Shown piece by piece: positions 43,206-55,628 of a stretch of DNA of 64,000 bases (its first letter is position 1; every line of letters begins with the position of its first letter). The stretch is from Phoronis australis (lineage: Eukaryota > Animalia > Phoronida): contig NMRA01000362.1 of assembly GCA_002633005.1 (NCBI GenBank), forward strand, positions 124,001 to 188,000. The letters are read 5' to 3'. The position numbers and the translations under genes were made by a program. The notes under the pieces are model-generated. The model ran no database searches and was not told the DNA's origin. It saw only the letters and a program-made list of their open reading frames with translations.

Positions 43206-44832
43206 GACAGCAAATGACTTCAAGAAACATGAACGCTGAATTTGCTAATATGTGTATTTCGAATTGTCTTATTTACTACGCTCAACTGATCTTGAACTGT
43301 TTTTAACAAGCCGGTACCTGGCCGAAAATGTCGCAACGTCCCAAATGTCACAACATCAAAATTGTGGCCCGTACTATAGCACACAGACAATTGTCACAGT
43401 TTGGGGCTGCAGCACTGACCCATGTCGTCGCAATTTTGTGCCAATTTGGGCCAGACAACTCAAGTCACAGGAAAAGCTTACAGTACATGCGCCATTAGCA
43501 ACTCTAATAAATTCTGAAGTGTTTTCTCGAGTCGTTTCATGTTTTCATGGTAAGGGTACTAACGCAAGGCCTAGTTCGATTTTAGCCACCTAAACAGAGC
43601 CAAATTCAGCTGTGATAGATATGATATTGCTCCTGCATAGGCTGAAGTGGTACATAGGTTTATACTAACTCAGTATGTAATTACCAAGTGACACATGCAT
43701 TTATTCTGTGACGTGCATGATTCTAAATAACACTGAAATACGCAATTAACGGACAGACCAATGTGTGCGTGGATAAAAAATTTCTATTACACCGAATTGT
43801 ACTTAACTGCGTAATAATCTCTTTAAGACCAACTACGAGTTGATTTCAAGAACTGAAACAACAACTTGGTGACTAAGGTGTGGTGCGCGGTTCTTCTTAA
43901 CTCTGAACCTGGGTAGCGTAGTACGCTGTTCAGGCGCCCCGTTTTTGCAGCTCCTCGGTCAAAGGTCATAAATCCGGAAGGAAAGGACAAAGGTCACAGG
44001 TGATGGATGCAACCGATATTTTCTGCAAACAATTCAGCCTTGCGTTTTGGCATAGATCCGCTTTTCAAAGGCCCGCTTTTTCTCGGAGAGTCCCGCTTTT
44101 CAAAATCATTGTCCCTTTTTTCATTTTCGAATGATGGCAACTATGCAACAGATGTTTCAACAATTGTCTCTTTGTTACAGATATTGTTATTTTTCCAATC
44201 TACTTTATTTAGTAACATAACAATCGTAAACATGTGTCCCACTGTCTTTGATTTACGATTATACACACTACATGCATCAGTATCACTAATTTTTACTTTA
44301 TGAAGAAATGTAATTATTTTCTACTACCCTGTAAGTATATTTCAAAGCTACACAATAGTTGTTTGCCTATTTCTATCTACCAGAAACCTCTGTAACTTTC
44401 GGAAGGATAGTTGGAGAAATTAGTTTATCACACCTTTGTTAAATATCATTGCATTCCAGTGACGCTATGTGCACGATTTACTGGCTACTAGTTCAATACG
44501 TGCTTATGAAGGAAAATAATGATACCTAGCCTAACCCGAAATGTTTAGCGCCGCGTTACAATTACAAAATATTTGCATTAAATGAACGATGTCCTGTGGC
44601 AATCGAACATGGAATTCGACGGTTCTCCTGTTCTATGTACACGTCAGTCCTACTGCGGAATTATATTGGCTTGCAGTGTCCTTGCATAAGGCTGTGTGAA
44701 AATCTTTGCGTTATTATTATTATTCTGACTGAAACAAGACAGACGATGCGCTAACGATGACGTGATTGATACTTTGCATACGTCACAGTAGTTGACGTTG
44801 TTTTCAGTACAAATACCGAAGGAGATAGCAGA

Positions 44833-45765
44833 ATGGATGAATTTGGAGACGAGATTTTGAAAATTATTACCAGTACCACCGGAGTGGCTATGTCGGGTGC
44901 CCTGGTCAGCATGTGCATCTGTCACTTGCTGTCAGTAGGCGTAGCTAGAGTTACACAAGCCACACAGAAGACGGCGACACAAACAAAAGGTCTAATCCCT
45001 GATCTAAACCTCAGGGAAAAAGACGCAGTTCCATCATTTGTGGAGACCGTCATAGAGAAGGCCGTAGTTGAGGTGTACGTCGAGACTGTGGCTTTGGAGA
45101 CCGTGGAGCAAAATAAAAAAGAGAGCGTAAGCAAGAAAATCACACGGTGCACCAAAGAGCCAGAAGCGGAAGTCACACAGGACCTCTCCGGAGTTACGAA
45201 ATTACAAATGCCCCAGTCGGAGGTGTTGACTACGAGACATCACTGCATGTCAGCTATATGTTTAGCCTTTGATAAGAGCTGCGAGGAGAAAGATGAGATA
45301 GAAGCGTTTGTGGAGGCCACGGTTGAGCAGGCTGTCGTTGACGTCTTCGTGGAAATGGTGCTTTTGCAGGCAGTTGAGCTGATTCAGCATGAGAGGATTA
45401 AGATGGAAGTAAATAACGAAGAAAGTGAAGACGAAAGAAGTATTAGCGAATTATGCCGTGGACAAGAAATAGAATACACCCACGACCTCGCCAAGTTTGA
45501 CACTGGCAAGACAAATTCAATGATGCAACCGGAATGCTTCAGTTTTCCTGACTTCAAGGGTGTAACTGGCAAGAAATACGTGTCATTCTTATTTGAAGGC
45601 GTCAAAATAAAAACTTTCCAATTCAGTAGTGTTACCGCTTCTGCGGGGCACCTTTCAAAGGAGGATCGACTACAGGACCACATGAAAGAAGTTATACCAT
45701 CCTACATTCCAAAACCTGAGAGCGAGGCTGACAAATTTGAGACCAGTCAACGCGAAGGATTTTAG
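44833..45765 (+). CDS. Intronless orphan ORF, 310 aa, acidic, with N-terminal hydrophobic segment and a duplicated amphipathic helix
   Basis: A 933-nt ATG-initiated open frame in AT-rich DNA with protein-like composition. Internal repeat FVETVIEKAVVEVYVETVALETVE / FVEATVEQAVVDVFVEMVLLQAVE. No family recognised. Confidence 0.6.
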   Translation: MDEFGDEILKIITSTTGVAMSGALVSMCICHLLSVGVARVTQATQKTATQTKGLIPDLNLREKDAVPSFVETVIEKAVVEVYVETVALETVEQNKKESVSKKITRCTKEPEAEVTQDLSGVTKLQMPQSEVLTTRHHCMSAICLAFDKSCEEKDEIEAFVEATVEQAVVDVFVEMVLLQAVELIQHERIKMEVNNEESEDERSISELCRGQEIEYTHDLAKFDTGKTNSMMQPECFSFPDFKGVTGKKYVSFLFEGVKIKTFQFSSVTASAGHLSKEDRLQDHMKEVIPSYIPKPESEADKFETSQREGF

Positions 45766-46859
45766 CTAAGGCTGAAAAAGAGGCAAACGTCCAAAGAGAA
45801 TAAGGCTGCCGTCTCTTTTGCTGTTTCAGTGGACCCCGGCCAATGGATTGACCCGTGTTTAATACCAAAGGGCTTTGAGTTTACAAACTATTTTTCATGA
45901 CCTTTAATATAAAATATCCTACTCATTATTTCTATGTGTAGTACTGTAATGCGCTTGTTCATCTTGGGTTTTAACAAAGCTAGCGCCTTCTAACTAACAA
46001 GACAAACGTGAATAAGGCCTCACTCCCACAGCTATCCCTAACACTATCACCAACATTATTAAGCTTAGCACCACTAGTACTCTAGGTCCCGATTACTTAT
46101 AGGGACATTCAAACGAGATAACACTCATACAGCTCGGAGTGACTTCCTGGCAGTCGTGGTAATCAGCTAATTAACGCTAGAGTTTGCCGAAGGATGTTTG
46201 TATGAATCACAAACAAGAAAATTAAACCTCATATAGACAACAACAAACACAGTGACGACAATACTGAATTAAAATGCAACAATTAAATTGCAATTATCAC
46301 CATTGGTAGTCTTGTCATGGATTATAGTGACGTGTCAGTTGTAAATCAAGCAATTCTCGTTCTGATTGGAATAACCGTCATAATAAGAGGTTATAGTGTG
46401 TAACTATCTGAAGGGCTCACTCATGTCGTTCGTACATAAAAGGAAAGCATGCGAACATGTGAGACAGTCTCATGAAATTTCAGGAAATAATGAGCTGACC
46501 TATCCAGTCCCAGCAGAAGTGAATTTTGGAACAAAGCCACATACCGTTATGTGATTGGTCTCTACTTGTTCCTTGCGAAGACGAGACGTGATTTTTGAGC
46601 ATGCAACGAACTAACAGCTCGTTATTTTTAGTTCATACTTGGCTCTTAAAATAAACTGTTGTGATAAGCCGACAAGCACAGCCTGCTTATTAAGCCTTAA
46701 CAAGATGATGGTTCTTTCGAAATTCTGATATCAATTCTAATTTGACTAAGGAACAATGTGAGACCGATTTCATAACGATCCGCGTCAACATGTTTTGTGT
46801 GCTGGAACGGGGTAGGCCTGTGTATCCGCTTCAAGTCGACTAGCCTGCAAAAGTGAAAC

Positions 46860-48437
46860 CTACCTGAAGGAGGACTCCGGCAGAGTCCAACTAACTAACG
46901 TATTTTTCTTGCGATGTATCTTAGGACGCTTGAATATAGAAAGGCGCTTGTTTCTGGGCAGTTGGGCGACGACAGGATGTTTTTCACCTAGATGTCTGGG
47001 GAATGGTATTTCGTAAGTAGGTTTGCATATTGTTTTACTTGGTACAGTTGCGCTGTTCCGTCTGTCAAATTTTGTGTTAGCTTGGCTGTAGGTTCTTTTG
47101 CTTTTTTGATCTTGGTCTTGTCTCGGCACAACAAAAGTAGCGTGCGAAATTGCTGTGTCAGCGGAAGCCGCTCTGTTCTGTTTTGAACTGGAAGAAACTA
47201 TTTTCGTACGGTACATAGTGTCGTGGTCACTGTCCATTTTGACATTCAAGGATATCAATTTGAAAGAGGTTAAGGTCGTATTAAAAGTTCTTGAGGTTGA
47301 GTTACTACGAGGAGAGCTACTACAAAGCTCCTGGTGACTGGATGACTCCTCACTTTTTCTTCGGGAGAAGACTCTACTTTTTCTCTTCTTTTGAAAATCA
47401 CCGTCAGCCCTCGCTGATGTCGTGCCTGTTTCCGTGCTTGTCTTAATGTCGGATGCACTTTCAGCTGTATCCAACACTTTAGAAGACTTGACAGAAGGAG
47501 ATTCTGTGCCTTTTTCCAAATAGTTTGCCCCTCGTTTCTTTTTAAGAAATTTCTCCATTTTCTCCAAGTTTACGACATCATCGGTCAGGATTTCGTCGCA
47601 GAGTTTCTCATACCCTGGCATCCTGTGGTACCCCAAATTCCGCACCCCGCCTGAGATAGTTTCTGTCAGAACCCTCGCCTTTCTTCTGAACCTCTTTCTT
47701 CCTAAGCCTCGTCCATTTGTTTCATTCTCTTTGCAAGCCGGTTCCTTGCTCTTCATTTTCCTGATGAAAATTTTACCGAGCTTTAGCAGGCGACAGGTTT
47801 TCTTAATAGTGGTGGGTATGGAATCGGGAAATTCAGCGGTTACGTGTGTCGCGATATCTGGAGGTGGTAACTGCAAAAGAGCGATTGCTCTCGTAGAGAC
47901 GTCTGGAGGTGATGCATGTAATTGCGAAAGAGCAATTGCTCCAGTAGGCGTTTCACTTCCATTATCGCTCGTGTTAGCTAATGTTTGCATAGGAAGACTT
48001 TGTGTTTTACAAGTAGCTTTTCTACACGGTTGCTGTGCATCCCTAAAGGAATCCAAACTCTTTCCAGTGTAAAGCGAGTTTTTATTTTTGCACTCGTCGA
48101 CGATTTCACAAGATGTGATCTCATCATTGGCCGGGTTGTAAGTGGCACGATCAATGGCATGCTTCTGGGCAATGATGGTCCTTACACAGATCGGCGTATT
48201 GTGAAGGTCTTCCTTGGACATTAGTTGGGCTGCCATATTCTTGTCAGTAACTACTGTGTATTTGTGACGGTCTCTAGCACGGCACTCAACTAATTGACGG
48301 CTTTCCTGTTTCTTCTGTTTCCTGAAGAATCGCGAAAGACGCGCTATCTTTCTTCGTCTCACGCAAATGGCAGGAGAGATCAAGTTGGGCTCGCTCGTGC
48401 TACCTTGGACATTTCCAGCTGCTGCTGTTTGAAGCAT
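46860..48437 (-). CDS. Intronless orphan ORF, 525 aa, basic, Ser/Thr/Lys/Arg-rich, probably largely disordered
   Basis: A 1578-nt open frame is very unlikely by chance here. TATAAAG on the minus strand near 48564-48558. Several NLS-like basic patches and a short internal repeat AIALSQLHASPPDVST / AIALLQLPPPDIAT. No family recognised. Confidence 0.7.
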   Translation of the reverse strand: MLQTAAAGNVQGSTSEPNLISPAICVRRRKIARLSRFFRKQKKQESRQLVECRARDRHKYTVVTDKNMAAQLMSKEDLHNTPICVRTIIAQKHAIDRATYNPANDEITSCEIVDECKNKNSLYTGKSLDSFRDAQQPCRKATCKTQSLPMQTLANTSDNGSETPTGAIALSQLHASPPDVSTRAIALLQLPPPDIATHVTAEFPDSIPTTIKKTCRLLKLGKIFIRKMKSKEPACKENETNGRGLGRKRFRRKARVLTETISGGVRNLGYHRMPGYEKLCDEILTDDVVNLEKMEKFLKKKRGANYLEKGTESPSVKSSKVLDTAESASDIKTSTETGTTSARADGDFQKKRKSRVFSRRKSEESSSHQELCSSSPRSNSTSRTFNTTLTSFKLISLNVKMDSDHDTMYRTKIVSSSSKQNRAASADTAISHATFVVPRQDQDQKSKRTYSQANTKFDRRNSATVPSKTICKPTYEIPFPRHLGEKHPVVAQLPRNKRLSIFKRPKIHRKKNTLVSWTLPESSFR

Positions 48438-49679
48438 ATTCTTTCACGGTTTAAGAATCCTTGGACCATGGAACCAACGCGTGTTCACAGTTGAGTTTTT
48501 AATCAACTTGAGATTGCTAAATATCGCTCGAAGGACCTCATAACATGACTCCATTTTCTTTATAACACGCCACGTCGAGTCAATCTCACTCATGGTGTTA
48601 CTGTGTTCATCTTTCTGTCTAGAGACCGTAGGAAATGTTGTGTTCTATTGACGAGAGCCGAAGGTCGACCGAAAGATTGTGAAACAAAAACAAAAACTTT
48701 GTTTCCAGGTTGCTTGCAATTCAGCACTTCAACAACAGATCGTTGTCAGACACGTGGCAGGCGCTGTGTTATGTCACGTGTACGAACCTGAAACTGGTCG
48801 ACAACGACACCGAATTGTTTCCGAGTTTGGATGACCACATTTTTGTTAAATTAGAACTTTTCCAAGAGTGCCACTTATTATAAATGATATGTAATTAAAT
48901 ATACTGTACGTAGCTTTGTGGGTAACCTTGTGCACGCAATGGGCTGAATTGATCCAGCAGATAAGTTTTGGCACTTGTCCTTGCGTCCTTGTGTCAAATT
49001 CCCTCTGCATTCTCATACTATAACCAGGGAATGCTCTCGACTAGGCGAATCAGAAAGCGCGTGATGCCATAAACATTTCTATTCTGCAAGACGCTGGTTT
49101 CCATAGAAACATGGAAAATCCTAATAAATACCTCCATGAATTTGGCTTGCGATGAGGTACATTTACAGCAATTACGCGATTTTTGAAACGTTATTTCGAT
49201 AGCAATTTTATAGAAATGTCGTACTGCTTAGACACCGGCAGACGATTTTGCTACTTCGAAAGGAAATAACTAACTTTGAGCCGTGATAATTAAAAATATG
49301 TAACATTTTCAGAGATTTTCTTTGAGATTTCGCTTCGAATTGAAGTCAGCTAATGTACGGTTAATATGGAAAATGGCCGAATAATAAAAATCATTTTCAA
49401 TTTTTCAGGATAAAACTGCAGTAATTACGAAGTTTTGACTAGAACGAAAGAGCTGCGCTTGCTTCAGAACAAAAAATACACCGTCAGTAACAAAAATAAC
49501 CAATGTTACGGAAAAAAAACATACCAATTTAATTTCGAGTAATTGTGTGAAAGGTGAACATTTTACTTTTCTGAAGAATTGTTTCAATTTATTCGCAGTT
49601 TCCATGGCAGCTTATTTCCACATTGTCTCCGTCACCCTCGACGTTTCGCGCAGTAACTCAAATGTACAGACTCAATTTC

Positions 49680-50180
49680 TTATTTTTCTAAATCCATAAT
49701 TTTTTCTACTGTAGTCTCGTCATCATCTGCTCTTTCCACAGCCGTGTGTTTAAAGCCAACCAGCTCAATGACAGGATCATGGCACACTTCCGTATCAGAA
49801 GAAATTTTCGCATTATCACCAACTCTGTTTTCGCACAAATCATAAATAGCACCCTTGAGTTTGGGTTTCTTACTTGCTTTTTTCGCATGAAGGTCAGCAA
49901 CTTTGGCCGTAACAATCTGTTGAAGCAATTCTGGGAACGTGTTCATCAAGTCGTCAATCAGTTCAAAGACGTGATATTCCATTGCCATGGAAACTTTCCC
50001 CATACTAATTTCCTCCACAAGAGGCTTAACCGTTGTTTCTAGAACTCCCTCCAGCTGTTTTAATAAATCTGGTTTACAATTGACTGAATCGTCACCTGCG
50101 GCTCCGTAAGTTGACTTCTCATTCGCCTCACAACCCACTTTTGGTTTAACGCTGATCTGCTGGTTCGGCATTTTAGGCAT
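49680..50180 (-). CDS. Intronless orphan ORF, 166 aa (possibly truncated)
   Basis: ATG-initiated 501-nt frame with helical, protein-like composition (LLKQLEGVLETTVKPLVEEI..VFELIDDLMNTFPELLQQIV). A TGACGTCA palindrome lies just upstream (~50198-50205). Confidence 0.45.
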   Translation of the reverse strand: MPKMPNQQISVKPKVGCEANEKSTYGAAGDDSVNCKPDLLKQLEGVLETTVKPLVEEISMGKVSMAMEYHVFELIDDLMNTFPELLQQIVTAKVADLHAKKASKKPKLKGAIYDLCENRVGDNAKISSDTEVCHDPVIELVGFKHTAVERADDDETTVEKIMDLEK

Positions 50181-51407
50181 TACTGAATGAATATTTATGA
50201 CGTCATAGAACTAGATTCTCAAAAATCAGTCAACAGATTTATGACGACAGCAATATATGATTCTACGGTTTCCAGTTCAGCAGGCGTAGCGCGTAAGCTG
50301 GCTATGAGGACTCGCAAGCCGAGGCCCGGTTGATCGGTGATAGCTGAAGAAGTAAGGCTTGGATTGCAATTATGCGAAGACTTCATTTTCGTGGTATCTA
50401 GGGTTAATTACGGTTGGAGTAGTGACCCTGGGATGAAATGGAATTTACTGGATGAATACTCAAATCGCAGGTGCTCCAAAACAGAGCACAGTCGGTTCTG
50501 AGGAAGAAAAATGACGTTGTGATAGCGTAGAATATTTTGTAACTGACATAATAACATTTTTTAACAATCGGGTCGATATTCTTCGAAAAAATATGTTCAC
50601 CAAACGTACCGAGATTGGCGTATATTAAGTAATATCACGCAAGATATCATTCTGCGTATCGACCGAGACCGAAGGTGAAATGTTACTTCACCTACGCCAA
50701 TCGAGGTTCATTTTGTATTTACATGTATCCCAGACGCTTTGAATTCCCAAGTTTCTTTCATTTATCGGCAGATTTGTTAAACACTTCACCCAGGCAGTTC
50801 ACGTGGCGGATCACATCTTATATGTACATGTACGTGCCCTCTTGGAAAGCAGTGCTATCATTGAAGAGGCCACCCTCATTTTAAATATCACAATAATAAA
50901 TAAATAAATGAACAAATAAATAAAGTACATGTACGTACTTGCACGATAGGTCACAAATTTTCTCTAGGAAAGAAACAGTTTTAAATGTAATGATTTATTA
51001 CTTGAAAAGAGACAACGAAGATAAAAAAGGTAATTGTGCATTGAACTTGTGACATTTCCTGAAAATGGTTAAATAACAATAATTTATTTTTATATTGTAG
51101 TTTCCGAAGAATTGGTGCATGAGATGCAGACGATATAATATTAAGCAATTGAAAACTGAGCCAGACCTGTCATGTAATTAACAGTTTTATACAGTATGGG
51201 ACACGATTGCACGTTGATTGTTGTTAAATACTACTGCAATTTCTTTACTTTAAGATAGTATTTTGTCGAAGACGGCACCATTTTGAAAAATAGTTATTGC
51301 AGTGAAAAACACCCTTTGTGGCTGCACATTTCGTATACCTCTTCTATACATGTAGGAATGCCCTCCGGCCTGACACGGCATTAACCTGGTTACCGCTTAT
51401 CATTTTT

Positions 51408-51555
51408 CTTACTATGACATCACTATTACTACTATGACTGCAATTACTACCATTAGTACTATTACTGCTTTTACCACTATTACTACTTTGCTATTATTAT
51501 TATTTATCAGTGTCGTTATCATTATTATTATTATTGTAATTGTTATTAATAATAT
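51408..51555. repeat. (ACT/ATT)n low-complexity trinucleotide tract
   Basis: cactattactactatgact...attattattattattgta. Confidence 0.8.
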
Positions 51556-51644
51556 TTTAAATTGATTTAACGCGAACGCAGTGCAATATACACAATACAT
51601 GTTTTAGCAAAGTGCTAATACATCAGGGTTCTCATAATCTCATT

Positions 51645-52330
51645 ATGGTTCAATGTTTTTTACCGGTCTTACCAAAACGAATAGCGAGTGCTATTTCAAA
51701 AGGATTTTAAGAGGTTCCTATGTTCAGCCTTAACGACATTGTGAGATATGTCTTGAAGGGTGTTAATGCAGAGGAGGCCAACATTTTGGAAACGAGGAGG
51801 TTGAGATTTAAAAATCTTGTTTAGGCGTGCGCCTCTTCAAAAACTGATTATTTGTGAACTATCGGCAAGCACGGTATTGTTCATAAATGTAACTATATCC
51901 TTCTGTAGTTTGCCACGAAGAACTGAATTCACACTGTAATCTTTTGCTTGCGACTTACATCTAAACCTGAGGATACCCTCCGTATTATCATTTATGTCTC
52001 TTCCTGAAAGCATTCATTATCAAAGAACTGGCGCTCGTTTAACGACAATGTGTTAATTGCGTTAAGCTGAAGTCTGGAGGCAGACATTTTTCCAGAATTA
52101 ACGACTAGTCGGCTTATGATGGCTGAGGTCACCGGGCCATTAGAAAATCTGGTAACGGACATACAAAACACGCAACTATTTTTTTTGGAACTGGCCCCAA
52201 TATTAGTAGAAGAACGAAATGATTTAACAGAGTGATTTGAACTAGGTTTCATTGAAAGTGGGTTGTACGGAACAAAAAACTTTCAACGTCGAAGTCAGCG
52301 TTGTTTAATATGCGCTTTTTATGCGATGTA
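51645..52330 (+). pseudogene. Possible decayed intronless ORF
   Basis: One + frame reads protein-like across several stops (FSLNDIVRYVLKGVNAEEANILETRRLRFKNLV*...EADIFPELTTSRLMMAEVTGPLENLVTDIQ...). The minus ORF 51992-52252 looks like its antisense shadow. No family recognised. Confidence 0.25.
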
Positions 52331-55300
52331 GCAAAAGGGTTACTATAGGCCTACCTTATCCTCTTATCTGCCCACAGCCACGCGTGTTGTTGACAGCAAG
52401 CTGCATTACAAAAATGGAACCTCATGAGACGCGAGACTTAACGTCCATTAAAACTAGAATCTCCAATCTCTGTCTTTATTTATATGTGCTTCAGACAATC
52501 GAACAAATTGCAATTTTAATAAATATCTTACCTTAAAAGATAATAGAAAGAGAAAGTGCATGTTTGTTGTAGTTCAAAAAGGACAGTCAGCTTTTTCGGA
52601 CTATTGTCCCTATAAGCTATCGACCAAGGCCAGGTTTGAGCAAAATGATCATGCCCTATGATCATAGTACCAAAATATTTTCTATTTCCCCAGCTAGGCA
52701 TACGACTTATACATGTACGTACTACACGTCACGGTTTGATCTGTTGCTAACACCGCTATTTGAGATATGTTTTGACATCATAGGAACAATGACATTTCTT
52801 TCAGCTTCTAAGCGGTTCAAAACGTGTTACTATGCCACCACTTTTTTAACTATTGGCTCCCCCTTCTCAAAGGCGATGTTTTGCTGTTGCACTTGCAAAA
52901 TCTGTCAACCTGCCCGCAAATATAATATATGGCTTTTATTTCCTTACACCACAATGTCTATAAGAAATTGTAATTCTGAACTAAAGTGGTAGACAGAACC
53001 CATCAGTATCAGAAACTTTGGTCTTGCTCCTCTTGTGCTGAACATTCCAAGACAATAAAACACTGGCTGAAATAAGTCAAAGTACCGTGGACTAAAACGG
53101 GTGTTTTTTCTATCGAATTGGCTTTCAAAATTGAATTCCCCGTGAAAAAAATTGTTATTGTCGTTTGTTCCCTAAGAAATACGATAAATATTAGTTGTGC
53201 TTACCAAGGGAAGTGTGTTTACTATGCATGTAATGCCGGATACACAATTGGTTTGTGACCTGTGAGTGCCTACAAAAGATTGTAATAACGCTTTAACAAA
53301 AAAATTGCTACCTGATCCTGGAAACTCCTTTCGTCTGGAGTTGAAACTGTACGGGATACATTTTTGACTGCTCATGTTAAAAACAATGGACAGCACACAG
53401 GGACACATCTGGAGCTGGTACATTTGATAGAATTTCATTCAAATAATCCGAGAAAGAAGGTGTTAAGTGTGTGAACGGTTTTCCTCCGAGTGACAAATAC
53501 CATGCAAACTCATGAAATATGACGTCACTTTCGTAACATGTAACAGTGGTACATTTCTTGTGTGTGCATTCGACGAAAATTATTAGAATTGCACTACTTG
53601 TTACATTTTAGGAGAGGCCTAGCAACGTAAAATGTAACAATGACGTAAAATGTAACAGCTGTTACAGTGTACATTTTACAAAATTGTCGCATTCAGTACG
53701 GCATATGAGCGCTCACCAATCCACTTTGTTTGCACACATACACAATAGTCAGTACATGTACACTGTATATTGATTTCAGTTCGTTAGTTCGCACACTAAC
53801 CTCTCATGTTCTTCCAGACACTACTTTGCTTTTCTGTTTTTCGAAGAAAATATCCACTTAATTTGAATAGTTCAAAGAGGAAGGATGACGTGTCTTTTCT
53901 TTGCTATCAAACAAAGGGCATAGAAATTGCTTTAAAAGAGTTTGATCGCGTGTCCATTGTTTGAGGGTAAAACGAACCCTTTTACGGTCATTGATGTACA
54001 TTTATCGAGATTCTCAGTTATTTTGACTGATGCATGCAAAATTTGAATTCACCGACCGGCGAAAAAATAATCAAGTACATAATACATGTAAGTTCGACAC
54101 ATATAATGCGCGTATTTAACTTCACCCGACGGTGTAATTTTCCTTTGGTGCATGCAATGAAACGTACTCACTAAAGAGTCATATAGGTGTCATTGTGCTG
54201 GTCGCATACCCAAATTCACATCACGGAATGTCTAATACAGGTACATTGAACAGTACAGCAGCAATATGTGTTACTATCCTACAAAAACACAAGCAACTTT
54301 CCCAGCGTTTTATGTGTATACGCGTAAACAATTATTTTCATAAGTGGAGAAATGATTTTGGTTTCGATTTCACTTTCGGTTGATGTATAAACTTAAATCA
54401 CCAGTCGTCTTTAACAATTCCTCAAAATTAACAGAGTGGGTCCCTGGGATTGCAAGGTAGAGCACAGTGTTGTGTAGTGGTGTCTGTAGTGTAGCTCAGT
54501 TGATGTTCCGGCAAAAACATGACTGCACTCAAACACACAACAATCGCGTCGGCAGCGTAATTGAACAGATAATTCGCTTTACCAGCAAACGCCTTGTTCG
54601 CCTGAATACTGCTCCATCCTTTCATTGATTTCTCAAGTACATGTCTTCAGGTATGTACCTACAAAAATTGTCGACGATTGTGTTTTAGCCAATTAAACTT
54701 TAATCTTTCATGAATTAAATTAATGATGCTCATAACCAGTGAACTTAGATGCAGCCTAATGAATTCGAGAAAATGTCAGTCATCCGACCCCAAAACAGCA
54801 AAGTGTACTGAATAGTTTTTGCCAGTCTGAAACCTAAGAAATTGTAGCTTCGGTGGCTGTTGACTTTGTGATATGTAGATTGGTAAATGTTGCCTCACGG
54901 GGGGCAGTCACCAGAAACTAGGGTAGCCTTGTTTCAGTAAAAGATTTTATAAAGCCTGAAAAGCACAAGTACACCGGCACCGCACCTTTTCAAATAAAAC
55001 CATCTAATTGTTGTCATCACTATCTTGAAATGATTTGTAGAGCGTAGTATTGAATTTTAGCTGAATTCACTTTCATGAAACAGAATCAACTCAGGCCGCG
55101 AGGACCGCCTGGTTTGTGCCGCGAGCAAAAAAATATATCTGCGTCTGAAGACGCACAAATAGAGCTCAGTCGAGGGTGGAATATATTCACTTCGAGACGG
55201 AAACAAAGTGGATGAAAGAAGACGAGTGTGAGCACACAAGCCTCAATTAAGCTGTGCACACGTAGTGAAGTCTAGGTGCCACGTATGAATAATAGTATTA

Positions 55301-55342
55301 CTGGGGCTAGTGATACCCGCTAGGTTCGCTGCCCCGTATTGG

Positions 55343-55628
55343 TGAGTCATCGATGAGTCATCACGGTATTTTCATAGAAACCGAGTTTCTTCGAAAGAGC
55401 TAACACGTACGTCTATCACTATAAAAAGGAGTCACTTTGGATATGCTACATTCTACCTGCTCGGACAATTTTAGTCCGAACCTCAAAGAATTAATTGGTG
55501 ACAATGAGCCATTATTAGTGTAAATTGTTACTTGAACAGAAATTTTGTGACTCTAGTAGCTACATGTAGGTCTGGCGCTGCTAACGCAGAGGCGGTGAAC
55601 GGTTCAGAAAAGGTCTTCTTAGTAAAAG
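55343..55628 (+). promoter_or_regulatory. Probable promoter and non-coding first exon of the RRM/SNTX-like gene
   Basis: TGAGTCA x2 (55343, 55354), TTCNNNGAA x2 (55371, 55387), TATAAAA at 55420, strong donor AG|GTAAGA at 55629. The first coding exon starts at acceptor TTTACAG|A (57263), so an upstream exon is required. Confidence 0.55.

Noticed and set aside
41200-52400. Calling the orphan cassette a Polinton/Maverick or endogenous virus
   Set aside because: No polymerase, integrase, capsid, packaging ATPase or terminal repeats were recognised, and the kinase has a spliceosomal intron.
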